Source: Podarcis liolepis | Lineage: Eukaryota | DNA: 64,000 nt | Strand: one strand, 5' to 3' | NCBI GenBank assembly: GCA_965112155.1 | Contig: OZ218099.1 | Shown: in pieces, positions 35,211-48,837 of the stretch | How the letters are laid out: the number at the start of each line of letters is the position of its first letter | Numbering within the stretch: position 1 is the first letter of the stretch | The notes under the pieces: model-generated | Told to the model about the DNA's origin: nothing | What the model saw: only the letters and a program-made list of their open reading frames with translations | Database searches by the model: none | Program-made: the position numbers and the translations under genes

Positions 35211-38200
35211 CATTACAAGAGCAACTCCTAGAATTTGGGTCTTTTATTGTGAGCATATCGGGTTTGGTGCATATCCCTCACACCCTTAGAGTGAATGGAG
35301 ATCTCATAAGCCAGTAGCAGCTCATGCCATGGTGACACTAGTCCCATGACTGTGGAACCAACTGTTGCTAGACGCACCAATTAATCGTCAACATACCTCG
35401 ATTTTCTCGTTTTTGTGAATAAGGAAACCAAGTCACACAGGAAACGTAGTGAGGTGTCGGGAAATCTCGCCTTGAGTGCCTGAGTTCCTACCTCAGTGCT
35501 CCCTTGAACCAGTCAGATGGAAACAGTTGGAATGCCAAGGAGGTGACTCCATTTTATTTGTGGCTTCCATCGCACCAGACTAATGAAGGGATAATACTGT
35601 GAGAAAAACGCTCTGCTCCCTGAAGGTCTAGCACATGGTGAAGTTGTTTTCTTCTTCTTCTGAGTAGCATGAAATGAAATTTAAAAATACATAGAATCAA
35701 ATACACCCCCACTCCTGATTTAGTGCTTTGAAGGTCCACAGCAGGAGCCTGAAGCAAGTGGAAACCTGTGAAGTTGGAATGATATTGGGAGTTATATGCT
35801 CTGTGAAGTGAACCCATGTTAAGGGTCCTCCAGACTGCAAATCCACAACCCCTTCATGCTCAAATGAAAAGGCTGAAGCTCATCTCAGCTGTATTAGACG
35901 TTTGGAATAAACTGGTTTTCATCCAGCTTCAGCTCCACTGGGCTGTGAAAATACTAGTTTGGATGAGACGCTAGTGTAATGAAGAGCAATGAGGCCTATT
36001 TAGCTGAAGAACATAACCATGCTGGATTAGCTGTTTCTTTTTCGCCTGCCCTGTTTTAAGCTGCACAGAGCCCCTTGTTTTGACAGACGGAGGGGGGGGG
36101 GTCCTAACAAATCTCATAAGCCTCAACAAACTACAGTTCCCAGGATTCTTTGGGGTCTGATAAATCTTTGATATAAGCTTGGATTTATAAACCATTGGTG
36201 CCATAAATAAAAGCTGGGTGCTAAAAGAAATGTGAACCAGCAACCACTCTCCTTGTGAACTCAGTTATCAGACTGCAAGAGAATTCAGTGTATAGCAGAT
36301 TTTAAATAAATACATTTTCATATAAAGTAAGTTGAACCAGTAGATGCTAAACCTAGAACAGTGATAAGGGTGTGCTACCTATGTGGACTGATTTTATCCT
36401 TGCCCTGTAGTGGTTAGAACAGTTGATGTGCCTCCAGAATCCGGGGGGGGGGGGTGTAAATTTATTGTTACTTATGGTTATGTTTGTAGCAGCACATTCC
36501 TCTTATAAATACTTGACGTTTTGGTTCTGAATGTCTGGTTTCATTACTGTCCTCTGTACACCATGGTTTTTGCCGCCTCCCTTTATTTGTAGAGCCACTT
36601 TGGTGTTGGTGGGAGTGGCAATGGCAAGATGTCTTTCCAAGATCCAGCAGCTTTTCTTCCTCTCTTGAGTATCCCACAAGGTGAGGCAGTCTGAATAGCT
36701 GCCAACTTCTGACATCCCTACGATTCTCTCCAAACAGGTTTGCCTAGTCTGGGCATGAGAGGGAAAAAAACCTTGAGCTGAGCTATTCATTTTGTGGCTT
36801 CTGTAGTACTACTGACATCGCTTCCTGGCTTCTCTCGATGGCTTCCTCCTGGGCTCTTCTTGCCATGCTGACCTGTCCTTACACCCCAATGGAAACGAAT
36901 TTCCAAGCTTAACAAATGGAGCTCTTTAATGCAGCGGTAACATATATCCACAAAACCCTACCTTAGGCTGGTAGGTCAGCCATGCATCGTCTCAAAATGG
37001 GTGGAACAGAGAGCTATGAATCTCCAGAGTTTGTGGATTTAAAATCTGGCCTGCTAAGTCTCACATTGATTGACTTTGGTTTGTTGACTTGAAAAGTTTT
37101 TGAAATCTTGCTGCAGAATCCTTTGATGATCTCAGCCTGGCTTTTCTTTTCTCGACATAGGAACCTTTTCCACAACCCTCTTCTCCCTCCTATATTACAT
37201 CATAGAGCCTCTCTTCTATTGGGATTGGTTGCATCATTTTTCCGACTTTCCAGCTGATAATACCCAAAGTCTGCTTTGGGTGGATCTACACACAGGGGGC
37301 GGGGGGGGGGAATGCTATAAATAAGTCAGAAATTGAATCGTTATAACAAACGAGAAAAAAAGCTATGTAAAAATCGCTTCGTTGTTTGTTTGTTTTTGCT
37401 CTCTGGTGCCATCTTGCATGTTTATAACGAATTCAAAATCTTGGTTTTTTACTAATGTAGCTGAGTCCTTTGTCTGTGATACTGTTTCTCTTGAGAAGTT
37501 TGAGCCAGTTGGATATTGTTCTGAAACCGGGATGCCAACTAAATCACAATCCTGGTGATATCCTTAGTCTTTATCTTCAGGCGTGTCAGAGTGGGCTGGC
37601 AGCAAGTTTCCACTTAGAAAACCAGCAGTTTGGGCTGCTTCTATAGCTTAGCATAAGAACCCCAGAATCAGGGAATTGTTGAGAATGAGATAAGCCAAGC
37701 AGTCCTCTGATCCACGCTCCAAGGCAAAAGATGCACCAGACATTTAAGCATCCCTAGGAGATGAGCACAAGATATTCAGACGGCAATATTCTGCGATCAG
37801 TTTACCCACCACGCAGAATTGCAGCATCTCCCGGGGGTTGGAATAACCTACATTCTTGATTAACACACCGCAAGGTTGCACAACATTTCTGTGGAAGGAA
37901 GCAAACCTTTCTGCTGAAACTTCAGGGGATACTCAAGTAGGCAGATTGTAATTGCTCAATTTGGGAAGAACCCAAAAACACCTGCAGTGTTTCAGGACAC
38001 CAGCGAGCAAGGTTTTGATCTTCTACTTTCCCTAGGTCACTGCACAAGCATAAAGAAGTGAGCCGTAGTAGGGCATTCATTCAGGTGTCTCACTGGGAAA
38101 ACTTGTAAGTCCAAAGCTTGCATGTTATAGAAAGTATGTGGAAGTTAACTTAACGTGCAAAAAAAAAATCAAAACGGAACTAAATTTCTGATACTCAAAC

Positions 38201-40422
38201 TTTCATAGCTAGTTTCCTTTGCTTTAGTGTGCATGTGCCAAACATATATCTTGAACAATTAGAATACAACCCAAAAACACATTCGGGTAGAATACTTGTA
38301 AAAGGTTGGTGTGGTGTGATAACACACACAGTTGACTTCTATAGACAGGGAAAGCAAAACTTCAGTTACCATACTAGCACATAACAATGTGCTCTCTTAA
38401 ATATGGGGGAGCAGAATATATTTCCACTACATTTTGTTACCTCACTCTATGTGGATAGAGTTCTTTCTGATATATTGGAGGCCACAAAGAGAAATGACTG
38501 GACCTGCTTTTGCAGTAAGAAAGACAAAATTGATAGGTGCAAGAGAAAATTATTTGATAAGCAGAGTTCTACATTTCACACCATGTTTTGAATATACTTC
38601 TCCTGGGGAAACTAGTCAGCTTTTAAATTTGAAACTAAAATTCTGATTCAGTTCAATTTCTTCCATCTTACTCCAGAGCAAATCACACCTATGCAGTGCA
38701 AATTAAAGCATGTGGTATCGTCGTCACCCCCCCCCCGAATCCTGGGAACTGTAGTTTGTTAAGAAAGATGGGAATTGCAGCTCTGTGAGGAGTACAGAAC
38801 TTCTACCAAGATTCTTTGGAGGAAACCATGTGCTTTAAATGTATGGTTTGCATACGAGACAATTGTACAGGCTAACCTGCTGTATACATTGAGAGAGAGA
38901 ATATCTTGCCTTTACAATCAGGAAATAGAATTAAACTTTCTTGCCATTGTGCAGCTATGAAAGGAGACTTATCTGGAAAGAGCTTGAAACCAAGAGTACT
39001 GTTTTCTCAAACAAGATACCAGGTAGTTTCCCAGAAAAATACTGTGTTTAGAAACCAGCCTGGTATCTTATTTCCTGGTGTCGTCGTTTTTAACTGTTTT
39101 AACCTCCATAGTCAGCATGCCATACAGTTGCATATTCTGGTGGGAGGGATTTGGATCTGAGTAGACCCATGGGATAGTCTTGGGTAACCCTCACCCATAA
39201 AATAATAACAAAGAGAGATGGGTGGGGATTGTAAAGTAGATTGGCTGGTGTCATAAGTGTCATAAGAAGCAGTCATATTTTTAAAACCATGGGACGTCTT
39301 TACCAAGGCGACAAAAGGCCTATATAGAAATGCTGAAGAAGGAATAGGAAGTTTTGCCTGTAGGAAAGGACAGTTGTTTTCTCGTTGTTATGAAAAGAAC
39401 CAATTAAAGGCCGCTCACAGTCTGAAGCAGTTTCTGCCTTGGAGGCAAAATACTTAAGCGTGTTGGAAGGGGTGAAACCTCTACTGGCCTGTGTGCTGGT
39501 TTCACAAGATGCCTCTCCAGAATGCATTTGCTACAGCCATAAATAATGGGCATGCAAATCAGCACGTGTGGCGGTGGCCCTGCCTGGCTGACCTACCAGC
39601 TGTGCTTCCTTTCAGCAGCAGCCAAGGAGCCTGTTTCGGCATGTGAGTGTCACCAAGCAAAAGCAGAACATTCCTGTTCTTGCATATATTGTCTCCAGCT
39701 AGGATCAGGACAGCGATAGCTCTCTGACCTTCCGCCTGTTTTCTTTCAAAAGCTAGCCCTGCAAAGCCTTCATCACAAAAGACTTGAATCACCTATGTCC
39801 CGATTCCCCAAAGGCTCTCTCCTTTGTGGAATAATCTCTTTAACAAAATGAAAGCTACTTGGCCAACTATTTTATCTAACAAAGCCAGACCTCTGTGGCA
39901 GGTTTGACCAGTTGAGCAGGCCCCCCACCCTATTTTCCAGACCCCAGCCTTTAAAAAAAAAAAAAATGAGCCTGGGAAGTATCCGAAGGGGACATCCAGA
40001 CCAATCCCTCCCCTAAAAAAAAATTCCAATTCTCATTAGCCCAGCCAGCATAGCTGAAGGTCAGGAATAATGAGAACTGTAGTTCAGCAACTTCATCAAT
40101 GGCTGAACAAGTTTCAAGTGAAGGCACTCTCCAGCGCCTTGCAGGTGCTGGCCCCTCTTGCCCTGGTTTCGCCTTTCCCAACCAGACACCTTCCAGATGC
40201 TTCGGACTACAGGACCCATCATTCCTAACCATGGGCCATACAGGCTTCTGGTTAATGGGAGTTGTAGTCTAATAACACTGGGAAGGTACCAGGTGAGGGA
40301 AGGCTATCTAATCTTTTTTTCTTTTTTTTTTTTTTTTGAGGAAGGAGAACAGGGGGCATTTACATTGACCAGATAGCAAAGGGGTTACAGCCTTATCTTT
40401 TAACCAAAGGAAAAAGGATATA

Positions 40423-40651
40423 CAGTGGTACCTCTGGCTACGAAGTTAATTCGTTCCGGAGGTCTGTTCTTAACTTGAAACCGTTCTTAACCTGAGGTAC
40501 CACTTTATCTAATGGGGCCTCCCTCTGGCGCCGTTGCGCCGCCACTGTGTGATTTCTGTTCTCATCCTGAGGTAAAGTTCTTAACCCGAGGTACAACTTC
40601 CAGCATAGCGGAGTCTGTAACCCGAAGTGTTCGTAACCCGAGGTACCACTG
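40423..40651. mobile_element. Tc1/mariner MITE
   Basis: TA|CAGTGGTACCTC ... GAGGTACCACTG|TA. Confidence 0.9.
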
Positions 40652-41318
40652 TACTGTGCTTGAGGATAGCTGGAGACCCCAGGAAAGTAGCATAAAACAA
40701 TCTTAAAATCAAGTTGTAAAATGGGTGTTTCTCAGCACCAGTGGACTGCACCTGCATATCTTTAAACTTGGAATACATGGTCAATGTGTCCTCTTCATCT
40801 CTCCCCGTATCATGTGAAATGGACAATTACCAATGGGCCACCAGTGTTGAAGCAGCTCAATAGCAGAACTGCCGTTCTTGCAGAGCTGCTCAAAATTCTG
40901 CAGCAAGGTCTGTCGCCCCCTTAGCTGGCAGGGTTTGACTCGCAGCAGCAAACACACACCTACCTCCAGAGGTTTCCAAATGCCGCCTGCAATGGGCGCA
41001 GCTTCTTTTTGCCTCACACCCCCTCATTATGCTAGCCTGTCAGTTAAGATCTCAGATGCTTCCACAGCTGAAGACACTCCTGCTAAGTAACTGCTTAGTA
41101 TTGGTTTCACTCCATTTTGCGTGGTATGGACTGAGAAAGGGAGGGAGGAACAAATGCCAATCATCATGTCATGAAACAAATCCTGGAATGGAGCAAAGAG
41201 GTTATCAAGGACACAAGGCTTCGGTCTGAGTTTTTCAAAAGGTCACCCTGTTAAGGGCTGTCCACACAGTCTGGGAAATCTAAGAACTGTATACACACAT
41301 ACATATATATATATATGA

Positions 41319-41352
<34 letters not shown>

Positions 41353-43341
41353 TATTCATCATTGCACCTTCATTTAATATGTTACACTTCCAAACATTAA
41401 GGCACTGCCATTTTAAGAGACCTAACAGGATTTGTGTCATTTATATAGTAGAAATTAAATTGATAAAGCTTCGTTTAACTCAGAATGCCCTCTTTTCTTT
41501 TGCTGCAGGCAGCAAAATGTCTTAAGACTGTGCTTTTATACGTCCACCATGCTCTGTTTTTACTGTATATCTCTTGAGGAATGGCTGTTTAGCCCAGTGT
41601 CGAACAATATCTGAAGGGCACTGCATCAACTGCCCATGCTGTGCACACTTCCCTGGTAGTCAGGCCTATGGATATACTTCCAAGTAGGAATGCATGCGAC
41701 TGCACTTTATATCTTCGAGATCAGCAGCAAGAAAAAAGCCACACCTGTCAGAAAGGAAGGTAGATTCCAGTACAGTAATTCCTTTATCAGCATTCTCCAA
41801 GCAGAGCCAGTAGATCTATTGCACATACAGAGAGTGTGTGTGGGGGGGGAGAGAGAGAGATGCCCTGGAGCATACAAAACGCCTTCATGTTTAATTTGCA
41901 AGTTCTGAAAACACCCCAAATGGCTGGCACTCCTATTGCACCACCACCAGTCACCACCCCCAGTCACACCGAAAGAGCACGCCTAGGCTGCTGGCCGGCC
42001 TAGATATAGAAAGCATGACAGGGTGTGCTTTTGCAGAATTGTTGTCAGGTGTTTCTGGTGCTTTTCCAGCAGAGGGTGCAATCGCACTACCAATCGCACA
42101 GGGAGTGGTTTAGGAGCAAACAAGGTGAAAGCCAGGACTCTACTACAGAGAGCTATTTCAAGACCGGCTGGCTATGCTACTGGTCTGGTGGTGTGGAAAA
42201 AGAGAGAGACACGCACAAGACGACTGCAGTTGTGAGTGTTCACTCACTGTGTTTGTTATATGTTTACATAGAATAGCCACAGACTGTGCAGATTGTATTT
42301 CTTTGTGGACATTTTGTCCCATAGCCTACATTTTATTTCCTGGGTGGAAAGCCCAGTTCCTATTATCATCTGTTGAAGAGTTCTACTGATGTGGCTTCAC
42401 AAGTTGTCATTTGGGGTACACTGATCTGTCATGCAGTGCCTTGTACCAATAAGCGTCCCGATTCACCAGCTGTTATGTTCTGGGAACGTGCTCAGCTGCA
42501 GTGTCACACCTTCCTTAAGCCAGGTGTGCTTGGCCACCTCACCCCAGATGCTCACCAGTCTGCAAAAGCTGAAGGCAAGAACAGCTGGACTGCAACCCAA
42601 ACATTAGAGAAACAAGCCATGGTTTGTTTGGTCACCTATGGGGCAACTCAGCCCTGGTTCAGCAAACCATGGTTTAGCATTAGCTGTGAATTGGGCCAAT
42701 GTCAAGGCTGTTTGCTGGGCCCCCAGTATTGAGCATACACTTCTGGAAAACGCACCTCAACGTCTGTGAAATGACCCACAGTGAGATTATATGGGTGAAC
42801 AAGGATTCAACTTCCTCACCTTCATTGCATAGCAATGAAACTCAATATCAACTGAACACTGGGACCTGCACAACCCTATGCAAGTTCTGGTGATCACTAC
42901 ATTTTTGCTGCCTGCAACAAATCAAATCCACTATCTAGGTGCACCTTAAAAGTGTTTGTGAGAATCAGCATTTCAGAAAGCTGCAGCTGCTGGAATCTCT
43001 TGCTTTCTTCAGCAGTGTTGTGCTCAATCTGTGAATGCACCTATTGCTCCATCTCAGTAGAGCTACTACCTATGAGAAATGGGGCTTCATGCCAGGTTCA
43101 AAGTGCCTGGAATGAGTGATGCAATGGTCTCTCTGGCTTGGAAACAGAGCGGGAATGGAGTCAGTGGGCTTCATTTTGGCCAAAAACTGGAATTACTGGG
43201 ATCTGGCTATACTAAAATACTGCCCTTGTTCTAGTCCCAAATGATGCAATTTGCATTTAAAATAAACCTGCAGGAAACGTACCTGGAAGCAACCTCCTCT
43301 TCTAAATTACAATCATGAAAGACAAACTACGCCAGGTTCTT

Positions 43342-43347
43342 TTTATT
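43342..43347 (-). terminator. USH1G: Candidate distal poly(A) signal of USH1G
   Basis: Minus-strand AATAAA in an AU-rich context followed by GT/T-rich sequence, ~1.8 kb after the stop. A proximal AATAAA also lies at 45067-45072. Confidence 0.45.
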
Positions 43348-45176
43348 AAAAATATTGTAATCAGGCAGTGGCAGGGAATAGTATGCACATGGTATAATAA
43401 ATAAGCAGTAAACAACAGGGTCCTTTTACGGGTTGGATATACATACATACAAGGAATACAAAACATACCAAACATCCACAGAAGATAGGAGGTGTACTGT
43501 AAATGCACAAACATTTACAAAACTGCAGCCCAATTCTATGCACATTTACTCAGAAATGAGTCCCTGTTGGATTGTAAAATTGACTTCTGCTCATGCAATA
43601 GGACTTCACCTTCTCCCTCTCCCAGCCCTCTTCACACCTCAGAATATGTGTTCTGGATGGTGGGGACTCCCCATCCAGAGCAAAATTTGGGTGTGCACAG
43701 GAGAGAGAGAGAAGGAAGCAGTGAAGGCCCACTGTGCAAGAGAAGGTTTGCACAACATTGGATTCCGCCCACTGATGTTCAGTCAGGCTTACTGCCAAGT
43801 ACACATAAGATTGAAGCCTGAAAGATATACACTGTAGATATGGTCGGGCACAAGAGAGTCATGTAAAGTGGAGAAAGGGAAACAGTTTCTCTCCATGATC
43901 TCAAACCACACAACACTTGCTTCAGAGAAATCCTACTGAATAAAAGTAGGCTTGAGAATTGCAACCAAGTTTAGGTTGTTCATTTAATGGCTAATATAAA
44001 CAAAGAGCTTGGCTAAAATTCAGTTTACCACAGTTTAAATTTGCCCAGTATTGGTCCTTTGGATTCAAACCACATGCATATGTGATCAGATGCTCTTAAC
44101 TGCTGTCAAATGACAGTGGCACAGGGGCGGCGGCTGTGGGCAGGATTCCTTCATTCCTAGGGGGTTAGACTAGATGACCCTCTACAATTCTGTGAGTGGA
44201 GGGACCTATGTTTACACATGGCAATAAGCTGTCCAGTGCTGAAAGGTCTGCCCCTATATTTTGTCAGTGGAGTTTTCTTCACCAATCCCATTGGTATGGC
44301 TTAGCTTGTTTTACCTTTATTTAAAACGTTGCGACAAAGCCTTTGCAAAACTGATGAAGATACATCACCAGGAGAAGTTCTGTAACATAGATCAGCCCAT
44401 CCATTAGCAAAAATATAAACCTTGTGCGGAAAAGAGGCTTAAGACAGTGTGTGTGTGTGTGTGTTCGTTCCAGTCACAGTAAGTGAAAGCAGCAGGCATA
44501 AAGACAAGGCAGGCAGGCATAAAAAATAAACTCATTCCACTCATGCCTATTTCCATACATTTGCCTCCCACTCCAAGTCATGCAGCCTGAACTGTGCAAA
44601 GTTACTTGGAATAAGAGCAATTTCCCTAGAGTTCTCAGAGCAGGAAATGCAGGTGAGCTCCTGCTCAACTTGGCCCTAAGCATGGTGGCTTCACAATGTG
44701 ATAGCCAAAGTTACAATACTGGTGGGATTCCACTGACATTGCAAATCTTGATGGTGGTAATCACAGAGTCGTGAAGGTTTGGTTCAAATGAAGCTCCTTC
44801 ATCCGTCGCTGTTGATATAGGATAGGCCTGGAAAACCTGTGGTGGGGGAAAGTGTTCAACAACAGCTGGAGCGCCACAGGCCCTGTAAGTCCTGTTGGAC
44901 TTGATGGGGCTTACTTCTGAGTAGAGATGTATAAGACTGCATGGTTAGATTAGTGTAGTGCAACTCATGTCCCCAAAATGCTCTTAAGCAAGAGGCTGTT
45001 CTCTGGCAAAAGTCTGCAGGCAGGAAAGCAGAGAAAGGAAGCTGAGAGGTGGTTAGAATTGGGCCTTTTATTATGGCGTTCATTATTTCCCACTGTTAGG
45101 ATCACTGGGAGATGTTTTCTGGCAACTTAGAACTGGGGTTTTGTTTTTCTGTTCATTTCTTGTTCCTTAAAAACAG

Positions 45177-45180
45177 CTAT
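45177..45180 (-). CDS. USH1G: USH1G coding exon 3 (last base of Leu codon + TAG stop)
   Basis: Minus strand ...AATTTCTTCTCTCCGTTGCAG|ATAG: a strong acceptor completing CT|A TAG. Matches the mammalian layout as recalled, where only 4 coding nt lie in exon 3. Total CDS 164+1233+4=1401 nt. Confidence 0.75.
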
Positions 45181-46472
45181 CTGCAACGGAGAGAAGAAAT
45201 TTTGTTAACGTAAAAGGACATTAAAGTACAATTACTGAACTTTTCAGGGCTACGGAGTCATCACTGATACAAAAGCATGAAGCAACAAAAATATTACTGG
45301 TATCTGTGAGAAGCCCATTGTAAATCCAGCATTCCACAAAACGTTTCTCAAAGCTGCCTAGGAGATTGCAGTTCCTGTCCTCCATTCTTTGCAACAAGTA
45401 AAGATGCGTACTTAAATCTTCAGACCTACTTTACAAATAACCACTTGAGGCTAGGAATAAGAATGGGATAACAGGCTTGCGGTTTGCCAAGAAGTGGCAC
45501 AGGTTTTTAATGCCAACACTATGATTAATTGAAGGCTCCCATGCTGTCACATAGGAAATATATTATCTGACGGCAGCCACTGATTAAGTAGATGAGAGTC
45601 TGTTTACAAAGCCAGATCTATCGTTTCTTCAGACCAACCACCTGAATACTATTTTTGCCTTTTAAGGGATGGTGGGGAAACTCTGGCTTTCCATGAGCCT
45701 CAGCCAGCACAATCCAATGTACAAGAATTATGGTCTAGCATATGTAGTCTAGCATATGAAGGGCTATGAGTTTCTCATGCCTGCTTTAAAGCTACCAACA
45801 GGCCCGAACTAGCTGTTGGACAGGTACAAATAGTATGGGGCTATGGGCCAGTAAGCAACAGCCAAGGGAAGTCTCCCCACCACCACACAAGACGCTCCTT
45901 TAGCAGAGGGTGATGCAATACAACATCTGAAGCAGCAGGAGGTGGCTCTGCCAGTACTGTGCTTGTGAGTTTGCTGATCAGATGGTGTGAGCCCAAAAGT
46001 CCATAATTAGACCTGTCCTGTAAGGGTATGGAGTAGCCCAAGGTCTGTCCCTAGAAGCTCAGCTTTTGTCTGGTTTTTTGGCCAAGACTGCTTAAAAATG
46101 GCTTCCAGTGGCTTTAATGGCAGCACATTAGTGTTGATTTCACTGGGTAAAAATTATATTGATACCAACACTACCTTAATCTAGGTAGCAAAAAGAATCT
46201 GATTTAAGGCATTACCTCAAGGCAACTTGTGTACCCAGCTTGCAAATATTGAAACATTTGTATAAATTCATTTTTGTCAGTCTTTCTGCTGGCAATTTTC
46301 TGCCGTGTGCTACGCAGACATTCTCCTAGCACCCTGATCTATCGGAGAATTCCTGTTATTCAAATACATAATATGAATGTACGTAAGAAGTACCATTCTA
46401 TGCTATGCGCATCGCATGCTGAAGACCTGTGTGCATTCCATGAGTGTGAAAGGAGGGGGCTCAATTGCTTAC

Positions 46473-47705
46473 AGCTCAGTGTCTTCTATGACTTCAGGGT
46501 TCTCCATAGTCTGTCTCCTCCTCTTGCAAGCATCCAGCATCTTTTTCCGGGGCCCCAGTGGAATGTTGATGCTTTTCAGATCATTGTCCGAACACAGCAT
46601 AAGAGCTTCCAGGTCAATCTTCTCCTTCTTGAGGATTGAAATGAACTCAGACATATGCAAGGAAGCCAGAAAGGTCTCCAGGGGGCTCGTCTCGGGTTCG
46701 ATATCATCATCCAGGCCTAGCTCCACCTCATCCCACGGCAGCTCCTCCACATTCCTCTCCTGCAGGCTGTTGGCACTGCCGATGCTGTCATTGAGACTTG
46801 GCGAGCGCTGCAGGCGGTTGTGAAGTTTAACACCCATCCTGTCCTCTCCCAGCATGCTGGGGTCATCCTGGCCAATTCCAAACAGTCCGCTACTGACATA
46901 GTTCCTCCGGAAAACCATCGTGCCAAGTCCAGGTCGATTGAATAAAGAGTCGTGACCAGAATCAGTGCTGACCTCAGAATGGGCCGAGTCCATGTGCAAA
47001 CCTGGGTCACTTATGGCACGGGAGACAGTATCTTCGTCCGTCATAAACATGTCCCTAACGTTGCGCCGGGTCCAGTCCTTTGGGCTAACGTAGGTGCCTT
47101 GTTTCACAAACATGACGTCGTTGCCCAGCTGCAAGCCAGACAAGGACCTCACACTTTTCCTCCCATCCTCGTAGATTTTGAAGGTGCCATCCACTTGCTT
47201 CTTTTTCTCCAGCTTCTTCTGGATTTTGGTCTTGCCCTTGGCTGTGCCGTGTATGGTGGCCTGAGAATATGGCAAGGAAGTCATCATAGACATGTGCTGG
47301 AACCTCCTGCTCAGAGTGCTGCTGGAGTAGCTGGAAAAACTCATAGTGTCTGAGTGGTCAGACATTTCCTTCTTGTACCGCTTCTCCATCCTCTCATGGT
47401 GCTTCTTCTGCATCTTTACACAGTCCTTAATCCGCTTCTCTGCGTCCTTGAAGGCCTTGTCCTTCAGCTTGCTTACCAGCTTGGGGTTGAGGCCACTCTG
47501 CTTGGCAGCAATGGAGTCCAAATAACGCACACACTCCATGTGGCCCTTCATGGCTGCCATGTCCAGCGGAGTGTGGTAGTCATTGTCCAAACACCAGATG
47601 TTGGCCCCAAAAGACACCAGGAAGGAGAGGCAATTGAGATGACCATTGGCTGCTGACAGATGAAGAGGTGTGTTCCCCCAGATATCACATTTGTCTGGGT
47701 CACCC
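46473..47705 (-). CDS. USH1G: USH1G (SANS) coding exon 2: ankyrin repeats, central domain, SAM, PDZ-binding DTEL
   Basis: Acceptor TTTCCTGCATTTTAG|GGGTGAC. Encodes [15 protein letters not shown]...[32 protein letters not shown]...[14 protein letters not shown]...IPLGPRKK...IEDTEL. Donor CT|GTAAGC. Confidence 0.98.
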
Positions 47706-48617
47706 CTAAAATGCAGGAAACAAATTAGTTAGTGATCAGGGAAGCCTCTATACCTAATGAGTAGATGTTGCTTAGGACTTGTGAATTGTATCAAATCAGT
47801 TTACACATTCTTATTCTGGTGTTTACCTTACCTGTGGCCCTTGTCTTAATCAATCACAGTAATTCTGGAGCATTTTTTGGAGGAGGAAATCCACACAAGC
47901 AGAATTATACCCAATAAACTTCCCTTCATCTCCTGTCAACAGATCTCTTTCCACCCTTCTCCACAATGCATTATTGACCTTTTTTAAAGCTTAGTTTCAG
48001 ACCTGCTGTGCTTGTTCAGTCTTCTTCTTTTCCTCAGAGTGAGAGAGGGTATATTTGAAGTTTGGGGATGGCAAAGGTGGCAAGCAGCACTGACACTGAC
48101 GTAAGACATTGTGCACTCTCTCGACCTTTTTTGTGTGGGCATGAGGTGAAACGAATCCCTGCTTTTCAACTGCACTAGAGGTATTGCACAAATTAGAGCA
48201 GCTCCTTCCTACCCACTCACGCCTGCTCAAATGCCCTTGGTTATCTTCTCCAGAAATCCAGGACAAGTTAGCCAGGAGCACATTTCAAGAGGGAGCAAAG
48301 GTGAGTCCACCTCCAGAACCACAGTCTTCACTAGCACCGAGCTTATAATCTGGTCACACCTTTCCCCAGCAAAGTCGGCACAATGGGAGGCTAGTATAAC
48401 CAGGCATGCTAAAAGCTGCCCTAGTATGCAAACCAAGACTCAGTCCTGCAAACAACATTTTGTTATTTTATTTTATGTCCCGCCCTTTCCCTCAAGGAAA
48501 TCCAGCTATCATGCATGTCCCCTGCACCGCCAACTTTATCATCAGTAAGACCAAGGAGAACTAGGTTCAAATTCCCACTCACTTTTAACCTACCTAGGTG
48601 ACTTTGAGCCAGTCATT

Positions 48618-48837
48618 AGGGCTTATGCACACATTTGCCCCACTCTTTCCAGGCACAGGTCAGCGCTTGAAATCTCTGTGTCCAAGCATTGTGGTGTTTT
48701 TGCCCCAGAGCTTTTCCTGCAAAAAACCTGCTCTTTAGTGCTCAATCAGCACAACTGTCAATGCTGGGTTTTCATATGGAAAACTCTGGGGCAAAGAAAA
48801 ACAATGTTTGGATACGGAGCTTTAATGGATAAGCCTT
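48618..48837. mobile_element. Palindromic MITE nested in a degraded CORE-type SINE
   Basis: Termini AGGGCTTATGCA / TGGATAAGCCTT; internal TTTGCCCCAGAG...CTCTGGGGCAAA. SINE pieces at ~48560-48617 and ~49010-49070. Confidence 0.6.

Noticed and set aside
41960-42330. LTR-like composition
   Set aside because: No TG..CA termini, TSD or poly(A) signal could be defined.
1-43000. FADS6 exons expected downstream of USH1G by synteny
   Set aside because: No FADS6-like peptides (e.g. HVEHHLFP, GDSSTW) were recognised on either strand; the gene probably lies left of the window.
46274-47656. Several plus-strand and alternate-frame ORFs over USH1G exon 2
   Set aside because: Shadows of the USH1G coding sequence.
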